NCBI GenBank assembly: GCA_964398945.1
Contig: CAYNOT010000019.1
Span: 34,443-98,442, forward strand
Direction of reading: 5' to 3'
From: an uncultured Roseivirgaceae bacterium
GTDB lineage: Bacteria; Bacteroidota; Bacteroidia; Cytophagales; Cyclobacteriaceae
Length of the DNA stretch: 64,000 bases
Position numbers and translations under genes: made by a program. Below the pieces are notes generated by a model. It saw nothing but the letters and a program-made list of their open reading frames with translations, was not told where the DNA came from and made no database searches. This document shows positions 18,333 to 27,982 of the stretch, piece by piece (positions within the stretch are counted from its first letter, which is position 1; each line of letters opens with the position of its first letter).

Positions 18333-20123
18333 ATGAAACACCTTAGTTACCTCAATAAATACCTGCTGAAATATAAGTGGCATTTGGTCCTCGGATTTGT
18401 GTTTATCATTATCTCCACCATTTTCCAAATCGCGCCTGGTATATTGGTGCGTGAGTCCATTAATTTGGTAGTTGATAATATTAAAGTATACCGCGCTTTT
18501 GAAGGTGTTGATTTGAAAGAAGACTTCTTCGAAATTTTTGCCTACAGCATTTTTATTTACGCGGGGTTGATCCTTGTGATTGCGCTCTTGCGCGGGCTCT
18601 TCTTATATTTTGTTCGGCAAACGCTGATCGTTATGTCGAGGTTGGTGGAATATGATTTAAAGAATGAAATTTTCGCGCATTATCAAACCTTGCCGTTAAG
18701 TTTTTATCGCAGGAACAACACCGGTGATTTGATGAACCGCATCTCCGAAGATGTGAGCCGTGTACGTATGTATTTAGGGCCCGCGATTATGTACGGCTTG
18801 CAGTTGGTGGTACTGTTTGCCATCCTCATTCCGTTCATGTATTCCATCAGTCCAATGCTAACAGGCTATGCTTTGATTCCATTGCCATTGCTTTCGTTCA
18901 GTATTTATTTTGTAAACAATAAGATTGAAAAAAAATCAGAAGACATTCAAAAAAGCCAATCGCGGTTATCAACATTTGCGCAAGAAGCCTTTAGTGGAAT
19001 ACGGGTTATAAAATCTTTCAACCGGGAGAAAGATTCACTGGAAAGGTTTTCAAGCGAAAGCGAAGAGTATAAAATTGAATCGTTAAAACTCACACGCATC
19101 CAGTCGCTGTTTTTCCCGTTGATCATGGGCTTGATCGGTTTAAGCACGATCTTGACAGTGTATGCCGGAAGCACCGAAGTAATTGCCGGGGATTTATCGT
19201 TCGGAAACATTGCTGAGTTTATCATTTATGTAAACTTGCTTACCTGGCCTGTTACTTCGCTGGGCTGGACCAGCAGCATTGTGAAACGTGCTGAGGCTTC
19301 CCAAAAAAGGATCAATGAATTTTTGGAAACGCAAACCAATATCCTTTCAGGGAATTTGCCCGTACGCGAAATCAAAGGAAAAATTGAGTTCAAAAATGTT
19401 TCCTTCACCTATCCGGACACCGGTATCCAGGCGTTGAAAAATCTTTCCTTTACCGTAAATCCGGGGGAATCACTCGGTATTATCGGAACAACGGGTTCAG
19501 GAAAAAGCACAGTCTCCAACTTGGTTTCGCGGTTGTTTGATGTGCGCGATGGCGAAATCCGGATTGACGATATCCCCATTCAGGAGTATTCCCTGAACAA
19601 CCTGCGCACGCAGATCGGGTATGTGCCACAAGATGTTTTCCTTTTCAGCGATACAATCGAAAACAATATTGGCTTCGGGCTTTCCAGTGTGGGCGATGAG
19701 CGTATTGAACAAGCTGCAAAAGATGCTGACGTATATAAAAACATTATGGAGTTTCCCGAAGGTTTTAAAACACGTGTAGGTGAACGCGGCATAACTTTAT
19801 CGGGTGGACAAAAACAGCGGGTTTCCATTGCGCGTGCTGTGGTGCGTGAACCAAAAATTTTGATGCTCGATGATGCATTATCTGCCGTAGACACAAAAAC
19901 CGAAAACAATATTTTAAATAGTTTGAAGCGGATCATGAAAGACCGCACTTCGATCATTATTTCACACCGTGTATCCTCTGCGAAGCTGGCCGATAAAATT
20001 ATTGTGTTATCGGATGGGCAAATTGTCGAGCAAGGAACGCATGAATCGTTATTGGAACACAACGGTATTTATGCAGAGCTCTTTGAAAAGCAAGGACAGT
20101 TGGATGAGGAGCCGATTGGATAA
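18333..20123 (+). CDS. ABC transporter permease/ATP-binding half-transporter (MsbA/exporter type)
   Basis: 6-TM domain, Walker A GTTGSGKST, signature LSGGQKQR, Walker B ILMLDDA. Confidence 0.9.
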   Translation: MKHLSYLNKYLLKYKWHLVLGFVFIIISTIFQIAPGILVRESINLVVDNIKVYRAFEGVDLKEDFFEIFAYSIFIYAGLILVIALLRGLFLYFVRQTLIVMSRLVEYDLKNEIFAHYQTLPLSFYRRNNTGDLMNRISEDVSRVRMYLGPAIMYGLQLVVLFAILIPFMYSISPMLTGYALIPLPLLSFSIYFVNNKIEKKSEDIQKSQSRLSTFAQEAFSGIRVIKSFNREKDSLERFSSESEEYKIESLKLTRIQSLFFPLIMGLIGLSTILTVYAGSTEVIAGDLSFGNIAEFIIYVNLLTWPVTSLGWTSSIVKRAEASQKRINEFLETQTNILSGNLPVREIKGKIEFKNVSFTYPDTGIQALKNLSFTVNPGESLGIIGTTGSGKSTVSNLVSRLFDVRDGEIRIDDIPIQEYSLNNLRTQIGYVPQDVFLFSDTIENNIGFGLSSVGDERIEQAAKDADVYKNIMEFPEGFKTRVGERGITLSGGQKQRVSIARAVVREPKILMLDDALSAVDTKTENNILNSLKRIMKDRTSIIISHRVSSAKLADKIIVLSDGQIVEQGTHESLLEHNGIYAELFEKQGQLDEEPIG

Positions 20124-20127
20124 TGTA

Positions 20128-20185
20128 CTGATTGCTAATTTCTAATTCAATTCGCTGAACACTACAATTAGTAATTAGAAATCAG
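20128..20185. terminator. AT-rich long hairpin between convergent genes
   Basis: CTGATTGCTAATTTCTAATT (20128-20147) pairs with 20166-20185 at 18/20. Sits between the ABC gene stop and the OMP gene stop. Confidence 0.4.
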
Positions 20186-20196
20186 GTCATTAGAAA

Positions 20197-20922
20197 TTAC
20201 TTGAAAATGTACCGCAGCCCAACACCGCCCTGCAATTTTGTCCAGCCGGGATCCAATCCCACATCCGTAAAAACTTCCACTTCCATAAAGGCAGAGATGG
20301 GCATTTGAAAATATGAGTATTCAATGCCCGTGACAAACTCCGGGCCGTAGGTAAACCGGCTCCTATCAAAGCGGCCAAATTTATTCTGATTAATTCCGTC
20401 ATCGTATAAGTAATCGTATGTGAGTTGAACGGTTTTTATTTCAAAGCCAACCCCCATATAGAACCGCAAGCCCGGTGATACTTTTTCAATATCGAAGTGG
20501 CGTAAAATTTTAAACTCACCCACTAAATCAGCCTTTGCCTGATGCGCCAGGTAATCAATCCCACCAGTGGTTGGAATGGTATCGACCTCAACATACTTAT
20601 CAAATTGTTCGCGATAATACCGACTGTACAAAGCACTTGCGGCTTTTCCAAAATCCACAACGAAGCCCCATTTTTTGTCATAATAAAATTTATAGGTGAG
20701 TGCGAATGGGTCGCCCAACTTTATCCCGATCCCCTGATACGGAAATTGACTGTTTTCAAAAATCGGGCATACAATTTTTGCCTTGCTTTTCGGCATCCGG
20801 ATAGGGTTTTTACTGTGCCGCTTTTGTGAATACACGCTCTTGGAATAATTCCGCTGCTGGCCAATCGCAGGCAAGCTGAAAACCAGCAACAGGAGCAGGA
20901 AACAGGTCTTTTTGAAGCGCAT
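20197..20922 (-). CDS. hypothetical outer-membrane beta-barrel-like protein
   Basis: Signal peptide MRFKKTCFLLLLLVFSLPAIGQ, alternating beta pattern, aromatic-rich C-terminus GLRYIFK. Family not recognised. Confidence 0.5.
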   Translation of the reverse strand: MRFKKTCFLLLLLVFSLPAIGQQRNYSKSVYSQKRHSKNPIRMPKSKAKIVCPIFENSQFPYQGIGIKLGDPFALTYKFYYDKKWGFVVDFGKAASALYSRYYREQFDKYVEVDTIPTTGGIDYLAHQAKADLVGEFKILRHFDIEKVSPGLRFYMGVGFEIKTVQLTYDYLYDDGINQNKFGRFDRSRFTYGPEFVTGIEYSYFQMPISAFMEVEVFTDVGLDPGWTKLQGGVGLRYIFK

Positions 20923-20974
20923 TAGAGCAAATATAATCCATTTGCTCTAACCCTTTCATCCGGCAGGGTCAGGG

Positions 20975-22747
20975 TTATGCAAACTCTTTATACTGCATTT
21001 TGTGGAGTTGGCTGTAGCTTCCACCCTTCAGCAACAATTCTTCATGCGTTCCTTCCTCAACGATTTCACCATGATCAAGCACGATGATCTTGTCTGCTTT
21101 TTGTATTGTGGAAAGGCGATGTGCAATTACAATTGCGGTCCGTCCCTTCATCATTTTATCAATCGCATTTTGGATGAGCTCCTCCGTTTCTGAATCCACA
21201 GAAGAAGTTGCTTCATCCAATACCAATACCCGTGGATCATACACCATTGCCCGGATAAAAGAAAGCAATTGCCGCTGGCCAACAGAAAGTGTTGCCCCAC
21301 GCTCCATCACATTGTACTGAAGTTTTCCGGGCAACCGTTCAATGAACTTTCGCGCTCCCACCAAATCAGCAGCATGCCATATCATCTCTTCTGTTACTTC
21401 CGGGTTGTTCAATGAAATGTTGTTGAAAATCGTATCCGAAAAAAGGAATACATCCTGCAACACCACACCAATATTCCTGCGCAGTGAGCCCAGTTCATAT
21501 TCAGAAAGATCACGACCATCCACAACAATATTCCCTTTGTTGATTTCGTAAAAACGATTTAACAAATTGATAATAGAGGATTTGCCGGCACCCGTTGCCC
21601 CCACTAATGCAATGGTTTCCCCCGGTTGAATGGTTATGCTAATGTTTTTTAACACATATTCTTCATCGGTGTACGCAAACCAAACTTTATCAAATTCTAT
21701 TTTACCTTCGAGATGATCGATGTTGATCGCTCCTGTGTTTTGAATATGCTCATCACTATCGATCAGGTTTAAGATTCTGGAAGAACTTACAATCCCCATT
21801 TGCAAGGTGTTGTAGCGATCCGCAATCATCCGTATCGGGCGGAAGAACATTTGTATGTACATGATAAACGCTACCAGCTTGCCCACGGTAATTCCTGTTT
21901 CTTCAAAATTGATCACCCCGCGCGCACCGTACCATACCAACAAGCCAATGCCTGCGGCACCAATAATCTCTGCCACCGGAAAATAAATGGAATAATACAG
22001 TACTGATTTTAAGTTTGCATTCCGATGTTCTTTATTGATCCGGTTGAATTTCCCAAACTCTGTTTTTTCACTTCCAAAAATCTGGACAATGTTCATCCCC
22101 GAAATATGTTCCTGCACAAATGTGTTCAGGTTGGAAACTGCATTTCGAACATCATTAAAAGTAACCTTGATTTTTTCTTTGAAAACATAGGTACTGATCA
22201 ACATCAGGGGAATGGTGGAAAGACTAAGCAAAGCCAAACGCCAATCGGTATAAAACATAAGGCCCATGATGAATACAATCTGTAGCAAATCTGAAATCAT
22301 GGCCGCCAATCCTTCACTAAACACATCGGCCAGCGTTTCTACATCCGAAATCGTGCGGGTCACCAATCTTCCAATCGGTGTTTTATCAAAAAACTTTAAG
22401 CGAAGGGAAAGCAAATGTTGGTAAAGTTTTATCCGAATATCCCGAATTACATGTTGGCCAATCCAACCGGATAAATACGTATGTGAATATTGAACAACTG
22501 ATTGAAGCAACAATAAAACAACCAGGAAGCCCATCACCATCAACAATCCCTGGTAGTCCCCGAAAGCTACATGCTTATCAAGCGTCCACTGGATGAGCAG
22601 GGGCCGTAAAGGAGCAACGATCCCCAATGAAACAGTAAGAAAAACAAGAAAATAGAAACGGCCTTTGTAGGGTTGAAGATATTTCGTCAACCGTTTCAAC
22701 ACGTTGAAGTCAATAATATTACCGCTGCTGATTTTCTCTTTCTCCAC
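20975..22747 (-). CDS. ABC transporter permease/ATP-binding half-transporter
   Basis: Walker A GATGAGKSS, signature LSVGQRQL, Walker B VLVLDEATS. Confidence 0.9.
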   Translation of the reverse strand: MEKEKISSGNIIDFNVLKRLTKYLQPYKGRFYFLVFLTVSLGIVAPLRPLLIQWTLDKHVAFGDYQGLLMVMGFLVVLLLLQSVVQYSHTYLSGWIGQHVIRDIRIKLYQHLLSLRLKFFDKTPIGRLVTRTISDVETLADVFSEGLAAMISDLLQIVFIMGLMFYTDWRLALLSLSTIPLMLISTYVFKEKIKVTFNDVRNAVSNLNTFVQEHISGMNIVQIFGSEKTEFGKFNRINKEHRNANLKSVLYYSIYFPVAEIIGAAGIGLLVWYGARGVINFEETGITVGKLVAFIMYIQMFFRPIRMIADRYNTLQMGIVSSSRILNLIDSDEHIQNTGAINIDHLEGKIEFDKVWFAYTDEEYVLKNISITIQPGETIALVGATGAGKSSIINLLNRFYEINKGNIVVDGRDLSEYELGSLRRNIGVVLQDVFLFSDTIFNNISLNNPEVTEEMIWHAADLVGARKFIERLPGKLQYNVMERGATLSVGQRQLLSFIRAMVYDPRVLVLDEATSSVDSETEELIQNAIDKMMKGRTAIVIAHRLSTIQKADKIIVLDHGEIVEEGTHEELLLKGGSYSQLHKMQYKEFA

Positions 22748-22756
22748 TACTTCTAT

Positions 22757-23509
22757 TCAATTCTTTAAAAATAATGAGGGTGGATACTTTACCCTGGTCA
22801 GGAACAACCCGGATGGTGAAACATTTTCCCCTGCTCGTTTTCTGTCTTTGCTTTTTATAACCTGTTTGAAATCTGCTAGTGATATTTTACCTGACCCAAC
22901 TTCCAACAATGTGCCGACCGTGGCGCGCACCATGCCCCGCAAAAACCGGTTGGCCTCAACCTGAAAAATCAATACATCCCCTCGCTCAACCCAATGCGCT
23001 GTTTTTATTGTACAAAGAAAGTTATTTACATCCGTTTTCACTTTACTAAAACACTGAAAATCGTGCGCACCGAGTAATAACGCAGCGGCCTTGTTTAGGG
23101 TTTGAATATTTACAGGCTTATAATAGTGCAAGGAATAGCCTTCTAAAAAGGGGTTCTTCTTTCGGGTAATACGATATTCGTATGCCCGGCTAATAGCTGA
23201 ATAGCGGGCATGTGCTTCCGGTTTTACAGGCACTATCCGATTTATGGCAATTGCCCGTGGAAGAAAATTGTTCAACTTAAACAGCAATACATCCTTATCG
23301 AAAGGTTTTTCAATATCAGCATGGAAAAATTGCTGGGCACAATGAACCCCGGTGTCGGTACGGCCACTGCCAACAATTTGAACAGGTGTATTCAATAAGG
23401 TACTAAGCGATTCTTCTACAATTTGTTGCACGCCAATGGCATTCTTCTGGCTTTGCCAGCCGTGATAGCTTCGTCCATCGTATTGTATTTCAAAAAAAAA
23501 GCGTGGCAT
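22757..23509 (-). CDS. truA: tRNA pseudouridine(38-40) synthase TruA
   Basis: FEIQYDGRSYHGWQ and GSGRTDTGVHC (catalytic Asp). Start moved to MPRFFF (cat at 23507-23509). Confidence 0.9.
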   Translation of the reverse strand: MPRFFFEIQYDGRSYHGWQSQKNAIGVQQIVEESLSTLLNTPVQIVGSGRTDTGVHCAQQFFHADIEKPFDKDVLLFKLNNFLPRAIAINRIVPVKPEAHARYSAISRAYEYRITRKKNPFLEGYSLHYYKPVNIQTLNKAAALLLGAHDFQCFSKVKTDVNNFLCTIKTAHWVERGDVLIFQVEANRFLRGMVRATVGTLLEVGSGKISLADFKQVIKSKDRKRAGENVSPSGLFLTRVKYPPSLFLKN

Positions 23510-23651
23510 ACATGAATAACCAACCCCGATGACCACGGGAATCGAAGTGCAATAATCGACATTCTTTAATTAAATCGGATTGAAATCCTTGACTCTCTTT
23601 TCAGCCATTCCGCTTTATCGTAGTTTTACGGCAACGAAATTCAAAATCAGT

Positions 23652-24116
23652 ATGTGGCAGCGCGTTCAAACCATTTTTCTTTGTCTGGTTATTTTATGTT
23701 TGGTGGCTTCGATTTTTTTTCCAATCTGGACATTTGGGGAAGGGACAGCAATCGCACACAAACTTTTCCCGCTTCACTATTCAACCATTGAAGATGGTGA
23801 GATGAACACACAGTACTTTCCGTATTCAATTACCGCAATCCTATCCATAGCCGCTGCTACGGTGGCATTCATCCAAATCGGAAAATATAAAAACCGGATG
23901 CTCCAGATGAAATTAGGTGCGCTCAACTCCCTTTTATTGGTAGGTGCCATCGGGTCATCGGTGTATTTGGCCAGCCAGTTGGTCAATCAATTTCAAGGCG
24001 GAAACTACGGCTTCGGGCTTTACCTGCCCGGGGTTGCTGTTATTTGTAACCTGATTGCCAACCGTTTTATCAGAAAAGACGAAAAACTGGTTCGGGATTC
24101 GGACCGGATACGGTAG
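23652..24116 (+). CDS. DUF4293 family membrane protein
   Basis: Start at MWQRVQTIFL (ATG 23652), typical of DUF4293. Four or five TM helices. Confidence 0.7.
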   Translation: MWQRVQTIFLCLVILCLVASIFFPIWTFGEGTAIAHKLFPLHYSTIEDGEMNTQYFPYSITAILSIAAATVAFIQIGKYKNRMLQMKLGALNSLLLVGAIGSSVYLASQLVNQFQGGNYGFGLYLPGVAVICNLIANRFIRKDEKLVRDSDRIR

Positions 24117-24145
24117 TTGTTACCTTTAGCATAAATATAGCTACC

Positions 24146-24538
24146 ATGAAAAAAATAAATTTAAAAAACTTCCTCTTCCTTTGCATCCTTCTTGTTAGTT
24201 GTTCAGACGATGATTCATTGAATTCTGAAACAACTCTTTTAGTAGACTTTCAATGGTGGAATTCTGAGATAATCGGGAGTTCTCCTTCCGGTTATTCCGT
24301 TGTATCCCCAATCCTTTTCAAAAGAGATAATAATGTTTACTTAGGAAGCACTCAAGCAGAATGGAGTTTTATCGAAAATGGTCGTTCGATAAAATTTGTA
24401 TATCCTGGAGCAAACTATTCTGATAAATGGGAGATTGTGAATTTAACAGAAAACGAACTTAGGTATAAGCATTATAGTAAAACAGGTGACTTTTTGGTAG
24501 AACTTAAATATACTAAGTGCGAAACTCCACCTTGTTAA
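24146..24538 (+). CDS. hypothetical lipoprotein
   Basis: Lipobox LLVSC and small beta-rich body. AT-rich gene, no family recognised. Confidence 0.5.
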   Translation: MKKINLKNFLFLCILLVSCSDDDSLNSETTLLVDFQWWNSEIIGSSPSGYSVVSPILFKRDNNVYLGSTQAEWSFIENGRSIKFVYPGANYSDKWEIVNLTENELRYKHYSKTGDFLVELKYTKCETPPC

Positions 24539-24683
24539 GATACTTTGTAGCTCCTGTCATCCTGTCACCATTTTTCTTTTTGGAATAGCTTTTGGGCTTT
24601 AGGCTTCCCGATAAAATTTATTGATTAAACGGGCCTGAACTTTACCAAACCGGTAGAATTCAGCCATCCTGACATTAACTAAA

Positions 24684-26591
24684 ATGACAACAAATACCAT
24701 GGAAGAAAAAGGAACGATTTCCATCCACACCGAAAACATTTTCCCCATCATCAAAAAATTCCTCTACTCCGATCATGAGATTTTTTTGCGGGAGCTTGTT
24801 TCCAACGCGGTTGACGCAACCCAAAAACTAAAGAAACTTGCCAGCCTGGGCGAAGTGAAAGAAGATATTGGCGATACCCAAATTGAAGTTTCCTTCGACA
24901 AGAAAAGGAAGACCATCACCGTGAGTGACAAAGGACTTGGAATGACAGGCGAGGAGGTCAAGAAATACATCAACCAAATTGCCTTCTCCGGTGCTGCGGA
25001 ATTTGTGGAAAAATTCAAAGACAAAGGAGACGCAAAAGACATCATCGGAAAATTTGGCCTTGGATTTTACTCTTCCTTTATGGTGGCCGACCGTGTAACT
25101 ATAATTTCGCGCTCGTTCACAGCTGCCGAAGATGAAGCTGCGCAATGGGATTGCGATGGAAGCACGGAATTCGAATTGAAGCCCACAAAAAAAGCTACCC
25201 GTGGAACGGATGTGATCCTTCACGTCAACAAAGAATCCGAAGAATTCCTGGATGAGTTCAGATTAAAAGGGATCCTTGAAAAATATTGTAAGTTCTTACC
25301 AGTTGAAATCAAATTTGGAACAACAGAAAAGCAGGAACCGGATGGCGAGGACAAAGATGGAAAACCAAAAACGAAAAGTGTCTCCGTTGATCGCATTATC
25401 AACAACACTTCCCCGCTCTGGACAAAATCCCCCAAGGATTTAAAAGACGAAGATTACTTAAGTTTTTATAAAGAACTTTATCCGTTCTCGGAAGATCCGT
25501 TGTTTTGGATCCATCTGAATGTCGATTATCCGTTCAACCTTACCGGGATACTGTATTTCCCGAAAGTGAAGAACGATTTCGAAATCCAGAAAAACAAAAT
25601 CCAACTCTACTCGCGCCAGGTGTTCATTACCGATGAGGTAAAAGATGTAGTCCCGGATTTCCTGATGTTGCTTCATGGTGTTTTGGACTCACCGGATATT
25701 CCGTTGAATGTTTCGCGTAGCTACTTGCAATCAGATTCGAATGTGAAGAAAATCAATCAGCACATCACGAAGAAAGTTGCCGACAAGCTTCAGGAGTTGT
25801 TCAAAAAGGAAAGGCCATCATTCGAAGCGAAGTGGGATGACATCGGGTTGTTTGTGAAGTACGGTATCATCAGCGATGAAAAATTCTATGACAAAGCCAA
25901 AGACTTTACGCTTTTCAAAAACACAGAAGGAAAGTACTTCACTTTTGAGGAGTACAATGAAAAAGTAAAAGTCAACCAGACCGACAAGGACAAGAACGTT
26001 GTCTATTTATACACCAGTGATATCGGTAAACAAGACAGTTTCATCCAGGGCGCTAAGAATAAAGGGTACGATGTGCTTTTATTGGAAGGCATGTTGGACA
26101 ACCACTTTATCAATACACTCGAACAAAAACTTGAAAAGGTGCAGTTGAAACGTGTGGATAGTGAAACAATCGAAAAGCTTATCGACAAAGATGAGAAGCT
26201 GGAGAGTGTGCTTTCTACCGAGGAGCAAGAAACCGTAAAAGGAATTTTTGAAAAAGCGATCAACAACAAAAACATGACCGTAGCGGTGGAGTCACTTTCC
26301 CCGGACGATCTTCCAGTTGTGATCACGATGAGCGAATTCATGCGCAGGATGAAAGACATGGCCAAGACTGGCGGTAGCCCGTATGCATTTATGGGCAACA
26401 TGCCGGAGAACTACAATGTGGCCGTGAATGGCAACCACGGCATTATCCAAAAGATCGTGAAAGCGGAAACAGAAGAAGAAAAAAGCAAGTTGGCCAAGCA
26501 AGCTTTTGACCTTGCTTTGCTTTCGCAGAATATGCTTACCGGAGCGGACTTAACGAATTTTATTAAGCGAAGCGTGGAGCTGGTTTCTTAA
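24684..26591 (+). CDS. htpG: molecular chaperone HtpG (Hsp90)
   Basis: FLRELVSNAVDA, GKFGLGFYS and the full Hsp90 architecture, 635 aa. Confidence 0.95.
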   Translation: MTTNTMEEKGTISIHTENIFPIIKKFLYSDHEIFLRELVSNAVDATQKLKKLASLGEVKEDIGDTQIEVSFDKKRKTITVSDKGLGMTGEEVKKYINQIAFSGAAEFVEKFKDKGDAKDIIGKFGLGFYSSFMVADRVTIISRSFTAAEDEAAQWDCDGSTEFELKPTKKATRGTDVILHVNKESEEFLDEFRLKGILEKYCKFLPVEIKFGTTEKQEPDGEDKDGKPKTKSVSVDRIINNTSPLWTKSPKDLKDEDYLSFYKELYPFSEDPLFWIHLNVDYPFNLTGILYFPKVKNDFEIQKNKIQLYSRQVFITDEVKDVVPDFLMLLHGVLDSPDIPLNVSRSYLQSDSNVKKINQHITKKVADKLQELFKKERPSFEAKWDDIGLFVKYGIISDEKFYDKAKDFTLFKNTEGKYFTFEEYNEKVKVNQTDKDKNVVYLYTSDIGKQDSFIQGAKNKGYDVLLLEGMLDNHFINTLEQKLEKVQLKRVDSETIEKLIDKDEKLESVLSTEEQETVKGIFEKAINNKNMTVAVESLSPDDLPVVITMSEFMRRMKDMAKTGGSPYAFMGNMPENYNVAVNGNHGIIQKIVKAETEEEKSKLAKQAFDLALLSQNMLTGADLTNFIKRSVELVS

Positions 26592-26826
26592 AGAAAGTTG
26601 ATCTTGTATCGGCCTTATTCGCCTTTACATTTTTATATAGTGCCGCCACCGGTTCCTGAAATGCGTCCTTTGCTTCTTCTACGGTAACCTGGTGGTTGCG
26701 GATAGCCCAGCTCACAAACCCATCACGGTAAGCTTCATAAAGCTGGAACAGGATTTCGCTGCCAGCCTTAATAGCTTCAATGATCGCTGAGGTTTCGAGG
26801 TTCAAAATATGTGTCCGGCTATTCAA
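26563..26826 (-). pseudogene. probable truncated ECF sigma-70 factor (N-terminal region-2 fragment only)
   Basis: IIEAIKAGSEILFQLYEAYRDGFVSWAIRNHQVTVEEAKDAFQEPVAALYKNV resembles the start of Bacteroidota ECF sigma factors. The ORF has only a TTG start, stops after 87 aa and runs 29 bp into the htpG 3' end. Regions 2.3-4 are missing. Confidence 0.4.
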
Positions 26827-26874
26827 AGGCTTAGTAGGTCAAGATTAATGAAGGCAACCAGAAAAATTCTCCCT

Positions 26875-27291
26875 TTACAGTGCGGGTACGATTACTTCTA
26901 TTCCTGTAATTTGTTGAAAATCGTTCCGGTTAAAAGTGACAACGCTAAGCACATCACTTATTAAAGCTATGGAAGCGATTTCGAAATCATGAATCTTAAG
27001 GCCTTTGGGCTGATACTTTTTTACGAGTTCGGATAATTTTTGATGGCTTAATACTGTTGGGTACAAAATGGTGCAGTACAATGCGAACTCGGTTATGTCA
27101 TGGAGGGCTTCTTGCGGAGTCAGCAGCGGAGTTTCGCCTTTGGTAACTACCGCATAATACTCCGACAAATTTTTGGAAGTTGTATAAAACTGATCCTGCC
27201 CTTTAAAGAGTTTGACAGATGCTTCGTGAAAAACTGAAGACGTGTCTTTTGAATAAACAAGTACGTTGGTATCAATCAACAGTTTACTCAT
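26875..27291 (-). CDS. PIN domain toxin (VapC-like)
   Basis: MSKLLIDTNVLVY N-terminus with conserved acidic residues. The ATG at 27291 overlaps the upstream antitoxin stop by 8 bp (ATGAGTAA). Confidence 0.8.
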   Translation of the reverse strand: MSKLLIDTNVLVYSKDTSSVFHEASVKLFKGQDQFYTTSKNLSEYYAVVTKGETPLLTPQEALHDITEFALYCTILYPTVLSHQKLSELVKKYQPKGLKIHDFEIASIALISDVLSVVTFNRNDFQQITGIEVIVPAL

Positions 27292-27466
27292 ACGCAGCAT
27301 TACGAATATCGGCATGATCCAGCTTACCGTGGAAATCCCGGTCTGTCCATTTTTTATCTTCCTTTTTTTGGGTCAGCGTCAGGTTTTTTAACAACGTATA
27401 AACCGTTTCCAGCAAATTGTCCGGCAGCTTATCCACTTCCTTTTTCAATTCTTCTTTGGTAACCAT
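27284..27466 (-). CDS. small antitoxin partner of the PIN toxin
   Basis: 60-aa charged protein directly upstream of, and overlapping, the PIN gene. Family not securely recognised. Confidence 0.6.
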   Translation of the reverse strand: MVTKEELKKEVDKLPDNLLETVYTLLKNLTLTQKKEDKKWTDRDFHGKLDHADIRNAAYE

Positions 27467-27982
27467 GAAGGCAATTTAAACATTTTTTAGTGAACAGGTA
27501 CGGCTTACCGGAAGTTCAAAATATGACAACCACAACTAAAGAATCTGTCTAGTCAAGAATCACTACTTAGCTCTTGAGAAGCCAGTGAAGGAACTCGAAA
27601 AAGCAATTGGTGATTATAAATCTAAAATTGGTGACGTTCTGGGTTTTGAACCAATTGAAAATTCATTCGATAACAAAAAACAACATTTCACTTACTAAAT
27701 GGTGATACGGCCACTTTTACTTTTAATCTCAGTGATAAGATTGAATCTGAATTTCGTGACAGTCGAGGTAATTTCTCTACTCGTTGGAAGAATTGATGTT
27801 TGCGGGCGGATTTGGCTCATGTCAAAACAACACCTCTTATGTCTGGCGTCCAATGTTTTAAGTCTAATTCCAAATGCCGAACCCAGATAACAAGGATTTA
27901 CAATCCTGGCCCGCAGTTCAAAAAATTTAATCTGAACTTCCTTATCTTTACAATTCTTAAAACCAAGTTCCGTTAAGAAAAT

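Noticed and set aside
27699-27890. 63-aa plus-strand ORF (MVIRPLLLLISV...)
   Set aside because: Hydrophobic and low-complexity, and it lies in the remnant region. A neighbouring frame looks like a decayed gene fragment, so this is probably not a real gene.
27800-27900. Possible tRNA or tmRNA 3' fragment as an integration scar (GGGTTCGGCATTTGG on the minus strand)
   Set aside because: No proper T-arm (GGTTCGAATCC-like with a complementary stem) or acceptor stem can be drawn, so the resemblance is superficial.
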